Source: Verrucomicrobiota bacterium (GTDB lineage Bacteria > Verrucomicrobiota > Verrucomicrobiia > Limisphaerales > UBA11358). From it: a stretch of DNA of 64,000 nt. A program made the translations under genes and the position numbers. Position 1 is the first letter of the stretch; each line of letters starts with the position of its first letter. Below, one piece after another: positions 1-10,113 of this stretch. A model generated the notes under the pieces. It had not been told where the DNA came from, did no database searches, and saw only the letters and a list, made by a program, of their open reading frames with translations. The stretch is from assembly GCA_049510295.1 (NCBI GenBank), contig JBEKZC010000014.1, forward strand, positions 1,595 to 65,594, in the 5' to 3' direction.

Positions 1-1
1 G

Positions 2-379
2 AATGTCTTCGACTGGCTCAAGGCCAACACCGCCGTCAAACCGCACGAGCGCGTCATTCCACGATTCGATCTCATCATTCTCGACCCGCCGTCGTTCACC
101 CGCAATCGAGCGTCCGTGCCCGACGCGCTGCGCGGTTACAAGGAAATCCATCTGCGCGCGCTAAAGCTGCTCAAGCCTGGCGGCACACTGGCGACGTTTT
201 GTTGTTCGCATCACGTGGACACCGTAACGTTTCTGGACGTGATTCTTTCCGCCGCCTACGACACGCGTCATGTTTTACGCCGCGTGGCAATGTATTCCCA
301 AAGCCCGGATCATCCCGTCATCCCGATGATTCCCGAAACGGAATACTTGAAGGGCTTTGCGTTTGAAATCGTGCGGTGA
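2..379 (+). CDS. class I SAM-dependent rRNA methyltransferase, RlmI-like, C-terminal part (5' end outside window)
   Basis: Frame is open from the window edge. Contains DLIILDPPSF (DPPxF methyltransferase motif) and KPGGTLATFCCSHH. Stop at 377-379. Confidence 0.75.
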   Translation, partial: NVFDWLKANTAVKPHERVIPRFDLIILDPPSFTRNRASVPDALRGYKEIHLRALKLLKPGGTLATFCCSHHVDTVTFLDVILSAAYDTRHVLRRVAMYSQSPDHPVIPMIPETEYLKGFAFEIVR

Positions 380-504
380 AATGCCAGGACACGGGGAAGT
401 TGACACTGATTTCACCAATTTACGCGGATTGAATCCGTGATAATTCGTGCAATTCGCGTCTAAACACTTGGCGTCGGTCATGGACCGACGTTACAGTTGA
501 CGCC

Positions 505-918
505 ATGAGCGCATTCCCCGTCAGCCCGGAAAAGGAAGCCCAACTCACGCAGCGCATGGCCGCGCTGGGTGTGCGCGAGGCCGACATCGAGGAAACCTTT
601 GTCCGCTCCGGCGGCCACGGCGGCCAGAACGTCAACAAGACCTCCACCTGCGTCATGCTGCTCCACCGTCCGACCGGTCTGCAGGTCAAATGTCAGGCCA
701 CCCGACAGCAGGGACTCAACCGCTTCATCGCCCGCCGCCTGCTGCTGGACAAGGTTGAAACGCTGAAACGCGGCCACGTGGACGCCGAGCGCGCCCGCAT
801 TGAGAAAATCCGCCGCCAGAAACGCCGGCGCAGCCGCCGGGCGAAAAACCGGATGCTCGCCGACAAATCCCATCACTCCGACAAGAAGGCGTCGCGTCGT
901 CCGGTTGGAATGGAATAG
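505..918 (+). CDS. RF-1 domain (GGQ) peptidyl-tRNA hydrolase, ArfB-like ribosome rescue factor
   Basis: [17 protein letters not shown] motif followed by a very basic Arg/Lys C-terminal tail. 137 aa. Confidence 0.75.
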   Translation: MSAFPVSPEKEAQLTQRMAALGVREADIEETFVRSGGHGGQNVNKTSTCVMLLHRPTGLQVKCQATRQQGLNRFIARRLLLDKVETLKRGHVDAERARIEKIRRQKRRRSRRAKNRMLADKSHHSDKKASRRPVGME

Positions 919-932
919 CAAACGGTTGACGC

Positions 933-970
933 GAGTTTCGGAGGGCGGATCCCGCAGTGCGGGAGAGGCC
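933..970 (+). repeat. 38-nt intergenic repeat with palindromic core CCCGCAGTGCGGG, copy 1
   Basis: GAGTTTCGGAGGGCGGATCCCGCAGTGCGGGAGAGGCC. Confidence 0.85.
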
Positions 971-1120
971 CCAATTCTTGACCACGGATGGACACGGCGT
1001 AAAGCCGCGTGGCGATCACGCCGCTTTACGCGGATAAACACGGATCCGGTGAAAAATAAAACCGCGAATATGTCAGTTTGAATGCTTGTTGTTCGGGAGA
1101 ATGTGCTAACATCCCCGTTC

Positions 1121-1390
1121 ATGAACATCCTAATTGAAGACGCCGAGAAGCTGGAATATCTAACCAGCGACAACCACTGGACAAAAAAAGCATCCGAAGG
1201 CAAAAACTTCGGGGCAACCGGAGCAGCCTTTGAAGTTGCGAAAAAAGAACCGATTGGCAAATTCAACATCGTCTTTTACATCCCCCAGACGAAACAATTC
1301 ATCAACATGGATCACGGCCGGGGCAGGGGACTTGCCGAAGCCAGCCCGGTGGTGGAAACCGCCCCGGCGGTGGTACAAGCCAGTGTGTAA
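1121..1390 (+). CDS. hypothetical protein
   Basis: GC3-rich coding-like ORF. ATG at 1121 preferred over 1082. No recognisable family. Confidence 0.45.
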   Translation: MNILIEDAEKLEYLTSDNHWTKKASEGKNFGATGAAFEVAKKEPIGKFNIVFYIPQTKQFINMDHGRGRGLAEASPVVETAPAVVQASV

Positions 1391-1740
1391 GAAGACGCGG
1401 AGTTTAACCACGGATGGACACGGATTCCGTTTGTCGTAAAAAGGCACATAAGACGCAAAGAAACGCTTTTACACGAATTGCGCGAATGGACGCGAATAAC
1501 GTAGGACCGGCGTCCCGCCTGTTCGGGCAAAAGGGGAAATAACCGGCTTGAGTCCGCTTCGCGATGGGCGGGCGGGACGCACTGCCCTACGTTGGACCGC
1601 TACGCCCGCTGAAGGGCGCCTAACTCTCTCAACACTCAACCATCAGCCCTCAACTCGCGGAGTGTCCGCCTCGTGTCACTTGCCACCTGCTTGCCGGGTC
1701 GAAGCGCAGCGAAGACTGGTCACTCGCCACTTGTCATTTT

Positions 1741-1992
1741 ATGGCGTTTCCGCATACTCTCGATTCCATGGGCAAATCCAAAATACCGGAAACCGGAGCA
1801 GGTTATCTCGGCGAAACCATGGTCCACAGAATTTCCCGCGCCATGGGCGTCGTGGAAAATGTGATTGAGGCCAAAGCCGGCTGGCCGCCGGAGCTCACGT
1901 TGAAGCTCCCGGATGGCACCTTCAAAAAGGGCAAGCTCAGCGATTTCCGGGAGCCAAACAGCGCCGAGCGGAAAAAAATTCCCCCGGCGTAA
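1741..1992 (+). CDS. hypothetical protein
   Basis: GC3-rich 83-codon ORF between repeat blocks. No recognisable family. Confidence 0.45.
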   Translation: MAFPHTLDSMGKSKIPETGAGYLGETMVHRISRAMGVVENVIEAKAGWPPELTLKLPDGTFKKGKLSDFREPNSAERKKIPPA

Positions 1993-2317
1993 TCTTTCAC
2001 ACAAATGGCTTCTCGATACGAATGCAAAAGACGCTGACGGTCCCCCTGTCGGCCTTCATCAGAGCAGGCGGAACGGTGCGACCCGGGGTTCCTTTTTAGG
2101 AGCGTGTCTCCAGGAAGCGCCCCATGAAGGGTTCAATCCCGACAATTTATGGTCCGCGGGCGAGGCAGAGGTGAAAACCTGCCGGTTATCGGGACCCGTT
2201 CATTACGAGATCGTGGAAGTTCGAGAGGCTGGCCCAAGGCGGTGCAAGAGAGCAGTCCATGAGATGGGACTGAGGTTGCGCTTGCAACCAAGTCACTGAC
2301 CTGCTCTCCTTGATTTC

Positions 2318-3436
2318 ATGCAAACAGGAGTGAGTGGTTGCTTCCAAGGCAGATTGACCAGGGCCATTTCTTTTGTTGCTCTTGGCCTGGCTGCGGCATT
2401 TCTACAGGCCGGTTTGCCGGCGCAGCCCGCATCGGGAAATTCGGACACGGCGAACCCGAATGCGTTGCCGGATGCCAGGGCCATCATGAAGTACCTGCGC
2501 AGCCTGCCCTTGCGGACGGACAAGAAGCTCATCTCGGGACAGTTCGAGTCGTGGGGAAACGACGTGAAACCACTGTCCAGCCCAAGCAACAACCTCGCGA
2601 TTATCCATGAAAAGACAGGGAAATGGGTCGGTCTGGTGGGAGTGGAGTACCATGCGGGCGGTGTCTTTCCAGCGGAACCCAACAAGCTGTGCATTGAATA
2701 CTGGCGCACAGGCGGCTTGGTGCAGATCTATCTCATCATGCGCAATCCCGCTGCGCCGGATTCGGTCAACGGCGGAGGCAAGTGCGACATCAACCTGGTC
2801 CTGGACCCCCAACATGAATACCATCGCTTCTTCTTCAATGAACTGGACGAAGTGGCCACCGGGCTGGCCACGTTGCAGGAAAATGGAGTGATCGTCTTCT
2901 TAAACCCGTTCGCCGAGATGTCGGCCGATTGGTTTTGGTGGGGTGGGCAGGATCCCGAGAAATGCAAGGCCCTTTATCGAGCCACCTTTGACTATCTGGT
3001 CAAGGTCAAACACTTGAACAACCTGCTCTTTATCTTCGAACCGAGCAGCAGCAGTAAAAATGCCGCGGCGTATTACCCGGGCGACACGTATGTGGACATG
3101 GTTGGCATTTCCTGTTTCGTCTCCTGGAACCAGAATCTGACCCCCGCGCGTATCCCGGCGTATGTCGCGCTCCGGAAATTGGGGAAACCTCTGGGGTTGA
3201 GCCAATGGGGACCCCGGCGCGGGAAGGACCAGATAGGCCAGGACGAGCCGCCGGGGGACAATCTGAAGCTGGTAACGGGGATTCAGGATTATTTGCCGCA
3301 GATCATCTGGTGGATGAACTGGAACTACGCCTACGCGATATGCTCCGCCAAGAATTCCAACTCTCATGCCACCGAGTTGCTGAACCATCCGCGGGTGGTC
3401 AACCTGGACGACCTGGCGTGGAAACAAATGCGTTGA
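2318..3436 (+). CDS. glycoside hydrolase family 26-like protein (beta-mannanase fold), secreted
   Basis: Signal-like N-terminus. NPFAEMSADWFWWG resembles the GH26 RPLHEMNGxWFWWG motif. YYPGDTYVDMVGISCF resembles GH26 YPGDxYVDxVG. Confidence 0.7.
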   Translation: MQTGVSGCFQGRLTRAISFVALGLAAAFLQAGLPAQPASGNSDTANPNALPDARAIMKYLRSLPLRTDKKLISGQFESWGNDVKPLSSPSNNLAIIHEKTGKWVGLVGVEYHAGGVFPAEPNKLCIEYWRTGGLVQIYLIMRNPAAPDSVNGGGKCDINLVLDPQHEYHRFFFNELDEVATGLATLQENGVIVFLNPFAEMSADWFWWGGQDPEKCKALYRATFDYLVKVKHLNNLLFIFEPSSSSKNAAAYYPGDTYVDMVGISCFVSWNQNLTPARIPAYVALRKLGKPLGLSQWGPRRGKDQIGQDEPPGDNLKLVTGIQDYLPQIIWWMNWNYAYAICSAKNSNSHATELLNHPRVVNLDDLAWKQMR

Positions 3437-3466
3437 CCTTGGCGCTCTCGGTCGAAGACAGATTTC

Positions 3467-6010
3467 TTAGCTGTCTATCAGACTGATTGCCTTCAGTTGC
3501 CGCTTCACGCCCGGTTCATCCAGGGAAGTCCTGTATTCAACCCGTTTGGTTTCGCCCGGCAGCAAGTCGAAATGGTTGTCGGAGAAAAAGCCCTCATCAT
3601 CACCGCAGACCAGCATGACGCTCCGGGCGAAGGACCGGCAGGAAAGTTCAATCGAACAGCCGCCTTTCGATTTGATGATTTTCGTCATAATCTCCGGCGG
3701 CGACAGTTTCAAATCCTTCGGCAGACGAAAATATTTCAGGTCCTCGGCTATGATTCCCTTTCCGTCCTTCAACCGCGAGACCATCACCAACTGCGCGTCG
3801 TCCTGGCCACGCGCCAGTTGCTCCTTTGTCAAAGTCAGGTGCAGCTCCGATGTGTTCGGAGCCACGGTGACGGGCTGCGTTCTCCGGCTGACCTCTTTTC
3901 CGCCGAAATCGAGCACGACGATCTCCAACGTTGCCGTGATCGGTTCCCGCCGGTCGGACACGATATAAAACAGCGTTTCATTTTCCTTCACCACCGCGGA
4001 GATGATGACCGGGGCAAAAGTCCTCCGCGCGGTGTAATGCAACGCCTTCCATCGGCCAAAATAATCAATGCTCGACCACGAGGCGACCGGCCAGCAGTCG
4101 TTGATCTGCCAGTAGAGCGAGCCCATGCAGTACGGCATCGCCCGCCGGTGCGCTTCCATGGCGAGCCGCACACCTTCCGCCTGCATCACCTGGCTGACGT
4201 AAAGGTACGATTCAAAATCCTTTGGCCGGCGATACCACTGGTCCATGTAGGTTTGGATCAGACGATTTCCGTATTCCCGATCCCGGCGTTCGTCGGCCAT
4301 GCAACGCTGGTGGGAAAGCATGACCGCGGAATGCAGCTCGCGATCTTTCGGTTCCGCAAACTTCTTCACGGTGGACAATTCGGGATACGACTGGAAGCCG
4401 TACTCGCTCACGAAGCGGGCGATGTTTTCGGGATACTTCTCAAACGGTTCCTTGCCATGCCACACGCCCCAATAATGAATGTCGCCTTCTCCGTACGGAA
4501 TGTTGTTGAAACCGGCATTCGGGCTGGAGGAATGGTAGTAACGGGTCGTATCCACCTCCCGCAACGCTTGCGGGATGGTTTCGTAGTAGAGCGTCCGGAT
4601 ATCCCGTTCATGCCACGCCTGGATTTCCGGGGAACACAACGGCTTCCACATCAGATGCCAGCAGGCTTCGTTCTCGTTGTTGCCGCAATAGAGTGCAATT
4701 GAGGCGTGGTTGCGCAGGCGGGTCACGTTGTCAATGATCTCCTGCCGCACATTTTGCCGGAACGCTTCATCGGTGGGGTAGGCGGCGCAGGCAAACTGCA
4801 GGTCGTGCCAGATCAGGATCCCGCGCTGATCGCAGAGATCGTAGAATGTGTCCTCCTCGTAAATTCCGCCGCCCCAGACCCGCAACATGTTCATGTGTGC
4901 CTCGACGGCGGAACGGAGGATGTATTCGTACCGTTCCCGCGTCACCCGGTTCTGAAAATTATCCAGCGGCACATAATTCGCGCCCTTCATGAAAACCGGC
5001 ACGCCGTTGAGCCGCACATAAAACGAAGTCCCGGACGCGTCCTTGTCGCGGACAATTTCCAAGGAGCGGACGCCGATCTTCGTGGAGTATTCGTCAGCCG
5101 CCTTCCCGCCCGCCTTGATTTGCGCCCGGTAGTTGTAGAGATACTGGCCGCCGAGTCCGTTGGTCCACCATAACGCGGGTTGGTCGAGATGCCCTTTGAC
5201 CGTGATCCGATTGAGCCCCTGCTGCAACGGGTGTTCCTCCGAATTCAACTGGATCGAATCCATGCTCACGGAAATCCGCGCGCGCTGCGGCGTGTCCGAC
5301 AACACCTCCAGCACGGAAACGATGTCCGCCCCGGCGGCGGAAACATTCTGCTGCTGCACAAAGACACTTTTGATCCGGATGCCGCTCCAGGCTTCGATCA
5401 GCGCCGGGCGCCAGACGCCGCACGTGATAAGCCGCGGACCCCAATCCCAGCCGTAATGAAACTGCGCTTTGCGCGAATACATCGCGAGCTTGACGTCGGC
5501 CTGGTCGTTCGTGCCGAAAGCATGCAACCGGTACGGGGCGCTTTGGTATTTGGGAAGCGTCTCGGCAAATACGTTGCGGAATCGGACGACGAGCGCGTTC
5601 CCTTTTTCCTTGAGCAGCGGTTTGCAGGGGACTCTCCAATCGCGGAACATGTTGTTCGCGGTCAGGATGGGCGAACCGTTAAGTGTCACGGAGGCGTAGG
5701 TGTCCAGTCCTCGAAACACCAGTTCCACGTTCGCCTGTTTCAGAAAGTCCGCCGGCAGATCAAAGGTCGTTTGATAAATCCAGTCGTTCTCGCCAATCCA
5801 CTGCAACTCCTGTTCGTTGGTGCCGAAAAAGGGATCGGGGATCAGCCCGTTCCTCAGGAGATCGGTATGCACGCAGCCCGGCACCTGGGCGGGATGGAGC
5901 TGGTCTTTGGCAGCCTCGCGGAACGTCCAGTTGTCTGAAATTTCATGTCGCAGCACGGAGCTAGTTTCTTGGCCCTCGCCTTTGAGGTCAACAGGAACCG
6001 GTGGCGGCAA
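3467..6010 (-). CDS. beta-mannosidase, glycoside hydrolase family 2
   Basis: 847-aa ORF with YCGNNENE (acid/base region) and FVSEYGFQS (nucleophile region), typical of GH2 beta-mannosidases. Start uncertain: TTG at 6010 or GTG at 5956. Confidence 0.85.
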   Translation of the reverse strand: MPPPVPVDLKGEGQETSSVLRHEISDNWTFREAAKDQLHPAQVPGCVHTDLLRNGLIPDPFFGTNEQELQWIGENDWIYQTTFDLPADFLKQANVELVFRGLDTYASVTLNGSPILTANNMFRDWRVPCKPLLKEKGNALVVRFRNVFAETLPKYQSAPYRLHAFGTNDQADVKLAMYSRKAQFHYGWDWGPRLITCGVWRPALIEAWSGIRIKSVFVQQQNVSAAGADIVSVLEVLSDTPQRARISVSMDSIQLNSEEHPLQQGLNRITVKGHLDQPALWWTNGLGGQYLYNYRAQIKAGGKAADEYSTKIGVRSLEIVRDKDASGTSFYVRLNGVPVFMKGANYVPLDNFQNRVTRERYEYILRSAVEAHMNMLRVWGGGIYEEDTFYDLCDQRGILIWHDLQFACAAYPTDEAFRQNVRQEIIDNVTRLRNHASIALYCGNNENEACWHLMWKPLCSPEIQAWHERDIRTLYYETIPQALREVDTTRYYHSSSPNAGFNNIPYGEGDIHYWGVWHGKEPFEKYPENIARFVSEYGFQSYPELSTVKKFAEPKDRELHSAVMLSHQRCMADERRDREYGNRLIQTYMDQWYRRPKDFESYLYVSQVMQAEGVRLAMEAHRRAMPYCMGSLYWQINDCWPVASWSSIDYFGRWKALHYTARRTFAPVIISAVVKENETLFYIVSDRREPITATLEIVVLDFGGKEVSRRTQPVTVAPNTSELHLTLTKEQLARGQDDAQLVMVSRLKDGKGIIAEDLKYFRLPKDLKLSPPEIMTKIIKSKGGCSIELSCRSFARSVMLVCGDDEGFFSDNHFDLLPGETKRVEYRTSLDEPGVKRQLKAISLIDS

Positions 6011-6188
6011 TTGAGGGCGTCCGGCCGGAACAGTTAACCTTCAACCACGAAATACGCGCTTGTCGCGCCGAAATTGGATGAAGGCGGAAACTACACGAAT
6101 CTCATTTACGGCACTTGTCGCGCCGTAGCTAGCGAAGGCGGAAGAGAACGCAAAGAAACGCTTTGACATAAATTTCATGAATGAACAC

Positions 6189-6226
6189 GAATTTCGGAGG
6201 GCGGATCCCGCAGTACGGGAGAGGCC
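6189..6226 (+). repeat. same 38-nt repeat, copy 2
   Basis: GAATTTCGGAGGGCGGATCCCGCAGTACGGGAGAGGCC. Confidence 0.85.
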
Positions 6227-6307
6227 GAAACTTTAACCCCGTAAATGGGCGTGGCCCACCGCGTGAGGCTGAAAGCCTTTTACGCGGCTTTCAGCCTTGG
6301 TCCCGCG

Positions 6308-6883
6308 TTACTTCTTCCCCTCGTTTTCGCGGCCGGCGTATTTCCGCTCGGTCGTGTCCACGCGGATTTTTTCGCCGGGGGCGATGAACAGCGGGACCAT
6401 GATCTCCAGCCCGGTGTCGAGACGGGCGGGTTTCCACGTGGCGTCGGAACCGCCGCGGACGGGCGGAGCGGTATCCACCACCTCAAAAGTCACGTTCGGC
6501 GGCAGCACAATGTCCAGCAGACGTCCGTCCAGCAACAGGGCGCGGTACTCCTCGTTTTCCTTGATGAAACAGCGGCGGTCGCCGACCTGCTCGGCGCTGA
6601 GGGTCAATTCCTCGAACGATTCGACATCGGAAAAGACGAAATCCTTCCCGTCAGCATAGCTGAGTTGGACACGGCAATGTTGCACGTCGGCGACCGGCAC
6701 GCGCTCGCCTTCCGGGAACGTATGATCGATGAGGCGGCCGGTTTTGAGATGGCGCAGCCGCGTGTGCAGCTTGTGTTTGGTCTGGGCCGTGCCGCTGACG
6801 TGGAACTCCTCCACCAACTGCGGGGCGCCGTCCAGCATCAGGACCATGCCGCGTTTGAACTCTGAGGGTAAAACTGTTTGCAT
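6308..6883 (-). CDS. elongation factor P-like protein (YeiP/EfpL-type paralogue)
   Basis: EF-P three-domain length (191 aa). The C-terminus PGEKIRVDTTERKYAGR resembles YeiP. The loop reads SGTAQTKHK instead of KPGKG. Confidence 0.75.
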   Translation of the reverse strand: MQTVLPSEFKRGMVLMLDGAPQLVEEFHVSGTAQTKHKLHTRLRHLKTGRLIDHTFPEGERVPVADVQHCRVQLSYADGKDFVFSDVESFEELTLSAEQVGDRRCFIKENEEYRALLLDGRLLDIVLPPNVTFEVVDTAPPVRGGSDATWKPARLDTGLEIMVPLFIAPGEKIRVDTTERKYAGRENEGKK

Positions 6884-7276
6884 CGTGTGCCTCCTCCCGG
6901 CATCGGGCCGGGTACTTCAATGTTGCCACGGAAATTCATGGACTTGATAACGAACCGTTGGCAGCGCGTCAACTCCATGCCGGCCCAGCCGACGCGTGGA
7001 TGGACACGGATTATTTACCGCAGGAAAACGATTTTGCCGCTAATTTCATAAATTCGCGCCAATTGGCGGCATTCGCGTCAACGTTGTTCTTTTATTCCAG
7101 AAGGGACTTCAGTTTCTTTACGAGTCTGCCGGTTCGTACTTTTGCCTTCTGCCTTCCACCCTCCGGCGTCTGTTATTCGACGTTGGATGTTGGATGTTCG
7201 ATGTTTCCCGGCCCCCTCTGTCTTCCGCCTTCCTTGCCGCGCCAAAATCCGATGAAGGCGGGAGCCTTGGTAAAGC

Positions 7277-8800
7277 GTGCTCCTAAATCCACCGCGTTTC
7301 CGATTGCCTGGGTCCCCCGACTCGAATCAGAATGGCGTTGTGACGACGATCCCATTCGATCTTAAAGCCCGAGCGCACCAAGCCATGCTGGAAGCTGGAT
7401 TCCAGCCGGATTTTCCGGCCGAGGTTGCCCGGGAAGTGCAAGCCCTTAATCAAGGAGCACCAAAAAATGCCGGGCCAGTGGCCCGTGACCTGCGTTCGCT
7501 GCTTTGGTCTTCGATTGACAACGACAGCTCCCGGGATTTGGACCAGGTGGAGTATGTGGACAAACTTCCGGATGGCACCGTGCGTCTGCTGGTGGGGATT
7601 GCCGATGTGGACGCCACCGTCCCCAAAGGGTCCGCCACGGACCAGCACGCCGCGGTGGAGTCCACTTCGGTTTACACCGGCGTGGCGACGTTCCCGATGT
7701 TGCCGGCTGGACTTTCCACAGACCTGACTTCATTGCTGGACGCGCAGGACCGTCTTTCCATCATCATCGAGCTGCATATCCTCGGTTCGGGCGACGTGAA
7801 GGCCCACGATGTTTATCCGGCCTGGCTGCGCAACCGGGCGAAACTGGCTTATAGCCCGACCGGCGACTGGTTGGAAGGTCGTGCTCCCATCCCGCTGGCG
7901 GTCGCCAACGTGCCCGGTATGGAGGCGCAACTTCGCCTGCAACAGGACACATCGGAAAGTTTGCGCGGTATTCGCAAGCAACACGGAGCGCTCACGTTCG
8001 CGTCGGTCGAAACCACGCCGGTGCTGCAAAATGGCGAAGTCAAAGACCTGGCGGTCAGCCGGCGCACAGTGGCCGACGACATCATCGAAAGTTTCATGGT
8101 GGCCGTGAATGTGGCCATGGCGCAGTATCTCAAGGAGAAAGGCTCCCTCTCCATCCGCCGGGTGGTGCGGACTCCGAAACGTTGGAACCGCATCCAGGCC
8201 ATCGCCTCGCAATTCGGCGTCAAGCTTCCGGCCGCGCCCGATCCGCGCGCGCTGTCCGAATTCCTGGATCAGCGCAAGGCTGCCGATCCCGGGCATTTTC
8301 CGGACCTTTCACTCTCCGTGGTAAAACTGCTCGGCCCCGGCGAATACATCGTGGAACCTCCCGGTGGCGAACACGAAGGCCACTTCGGACTGGCCGAGAA
8401 CGATTATACCCATTCCACCGCGCCAAATCGCCGCTACGCCGACCTGGTGACGCAACGGTTGCTCAAGGCAACCACCACCGGCGGTCCGGGTCCTTATTCG
8501 GAGCCGGAGTTGAGCGCCATCGCCGCTCATTGCACCGAACGGGAGGATGCCGCCAAAAAAGTGGAGCGCCTGATGCACAAAGTGGCCGCTGCCTGCCTTC
8601 TGAATCGGCGCATCGGCGAAGTGTTCGACGGCATCATCACCGGCGCGTCGCCCAAAGGCACCTACGTTCGGTTGCTGAAATTCCCCGCCGAAGGCATGGT
8701 GGTCCGGGGTGCGCGGGGAATCGACGTCGGCGACACTGTGCAGGTCCGATTGGTGTCGGTGAACGTGGCCAAGGGCTTTATTGACTTCGAAAGAATGTAA
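7277..8800 (+). CDS. RNB domain ribonuclease (RNase II/R family) with C-terminal S1-like domain
   Basis: HFGLAENDYTHSTAPNRRYADLVTQR matches the RNB catalytic motif. Start codon uncertain (GTG at 7277). Confidence 0.8.
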   Translation: MLLNPPRFRLPGSPDSNQNGVVTTIPFDLKARAHQAMLEAGFQPDFPAEVAREVQALNQGAPKNAGPVARDLRSLLWSSIDNDSSRDLDQVEYVDKLPDGTVRLLVGIADVDATVPKGSATDQHAAVESTSVYTGVATFPMLPAGLSTDLTSLLDAQDRLSIIIELHILGSGDVKAHDVYPAWLRNRAKLAYSPTGDWLEGRAPIPLAVANVPGMEAQLRLQQDTSESLRGIRKQHGALTFASVETTPVLQNGEVKDLAVSRRTVADDIIESFMVAVNVAMAQYLKEKGSLSIRRVVRTPKRWNRIQAIASQFGVKLPAAPDPRALSEFLDQRKAADPGHFPDLSLSVVKLLGPGEYIVEPPGGEHEGHFGLAENDYTHSTAPNRRYADLVTQRLLKATTTGGPGPYSEPELSAIAAHCTEREDAAKKVERLMHKVAAACLLNRRIGEVFDGIITGASPKGTYVRLLKFPAEGMVVRGARGIDVGDTVQVRLVSVNVAKGFIDFERM

Positions 8801-8900
8801 GGTTGTAATTCAAACCACGGATGAACAAAGCACACAAAGAAGCGTTTTTACGCTAATTTCACGAATTCGCGCCAATTCGTGCAAAAGCGTTTCTTTGTGT

Positions 8901-9887
<987 letters not shown>

Positions 9888-9995
9888 GTCATTTCCTTTC
9901 CGTTCCACAAAATCAGCTTCAATCTGCATCAAAAAAACCATCGTGCAAGAGCGATCGGATGAGCGCTCGGAGCGCGGACAGGGAAAGCGAGTTTG

Positions 9996-10033
9996 GGCCT
10001 CTCCCGCACTGCGGGATCAGCCCTCCGAAATTC
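9996..10033 (-). repeat. same 38-nt repeat, copy 3 (inverted)
   Basis: GGCCTCTCCCGCACTGCGGGATCAGCCCTCCGAAATTC is the reverse complement of the family consensus. Confidence 0.85.
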
Positions 10034-10113
10034 GTGCAATTCGTGTAAAAAAGTTTCTTCCGCCTTCGTTTACTTCGGCGCGACAAGCCGTAGGCTTTCG
10101 GTTAATTTTGGCC

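Noticed and set aside
6011-7276. CRISPR-like arrays among the intergenic repeats
   Set aside because: The repeats are heterogeneous words in mixed orientation, without regular repeat-spacer periodicity. At most two adjacent copies of any word occur. No cas genes are in the window.
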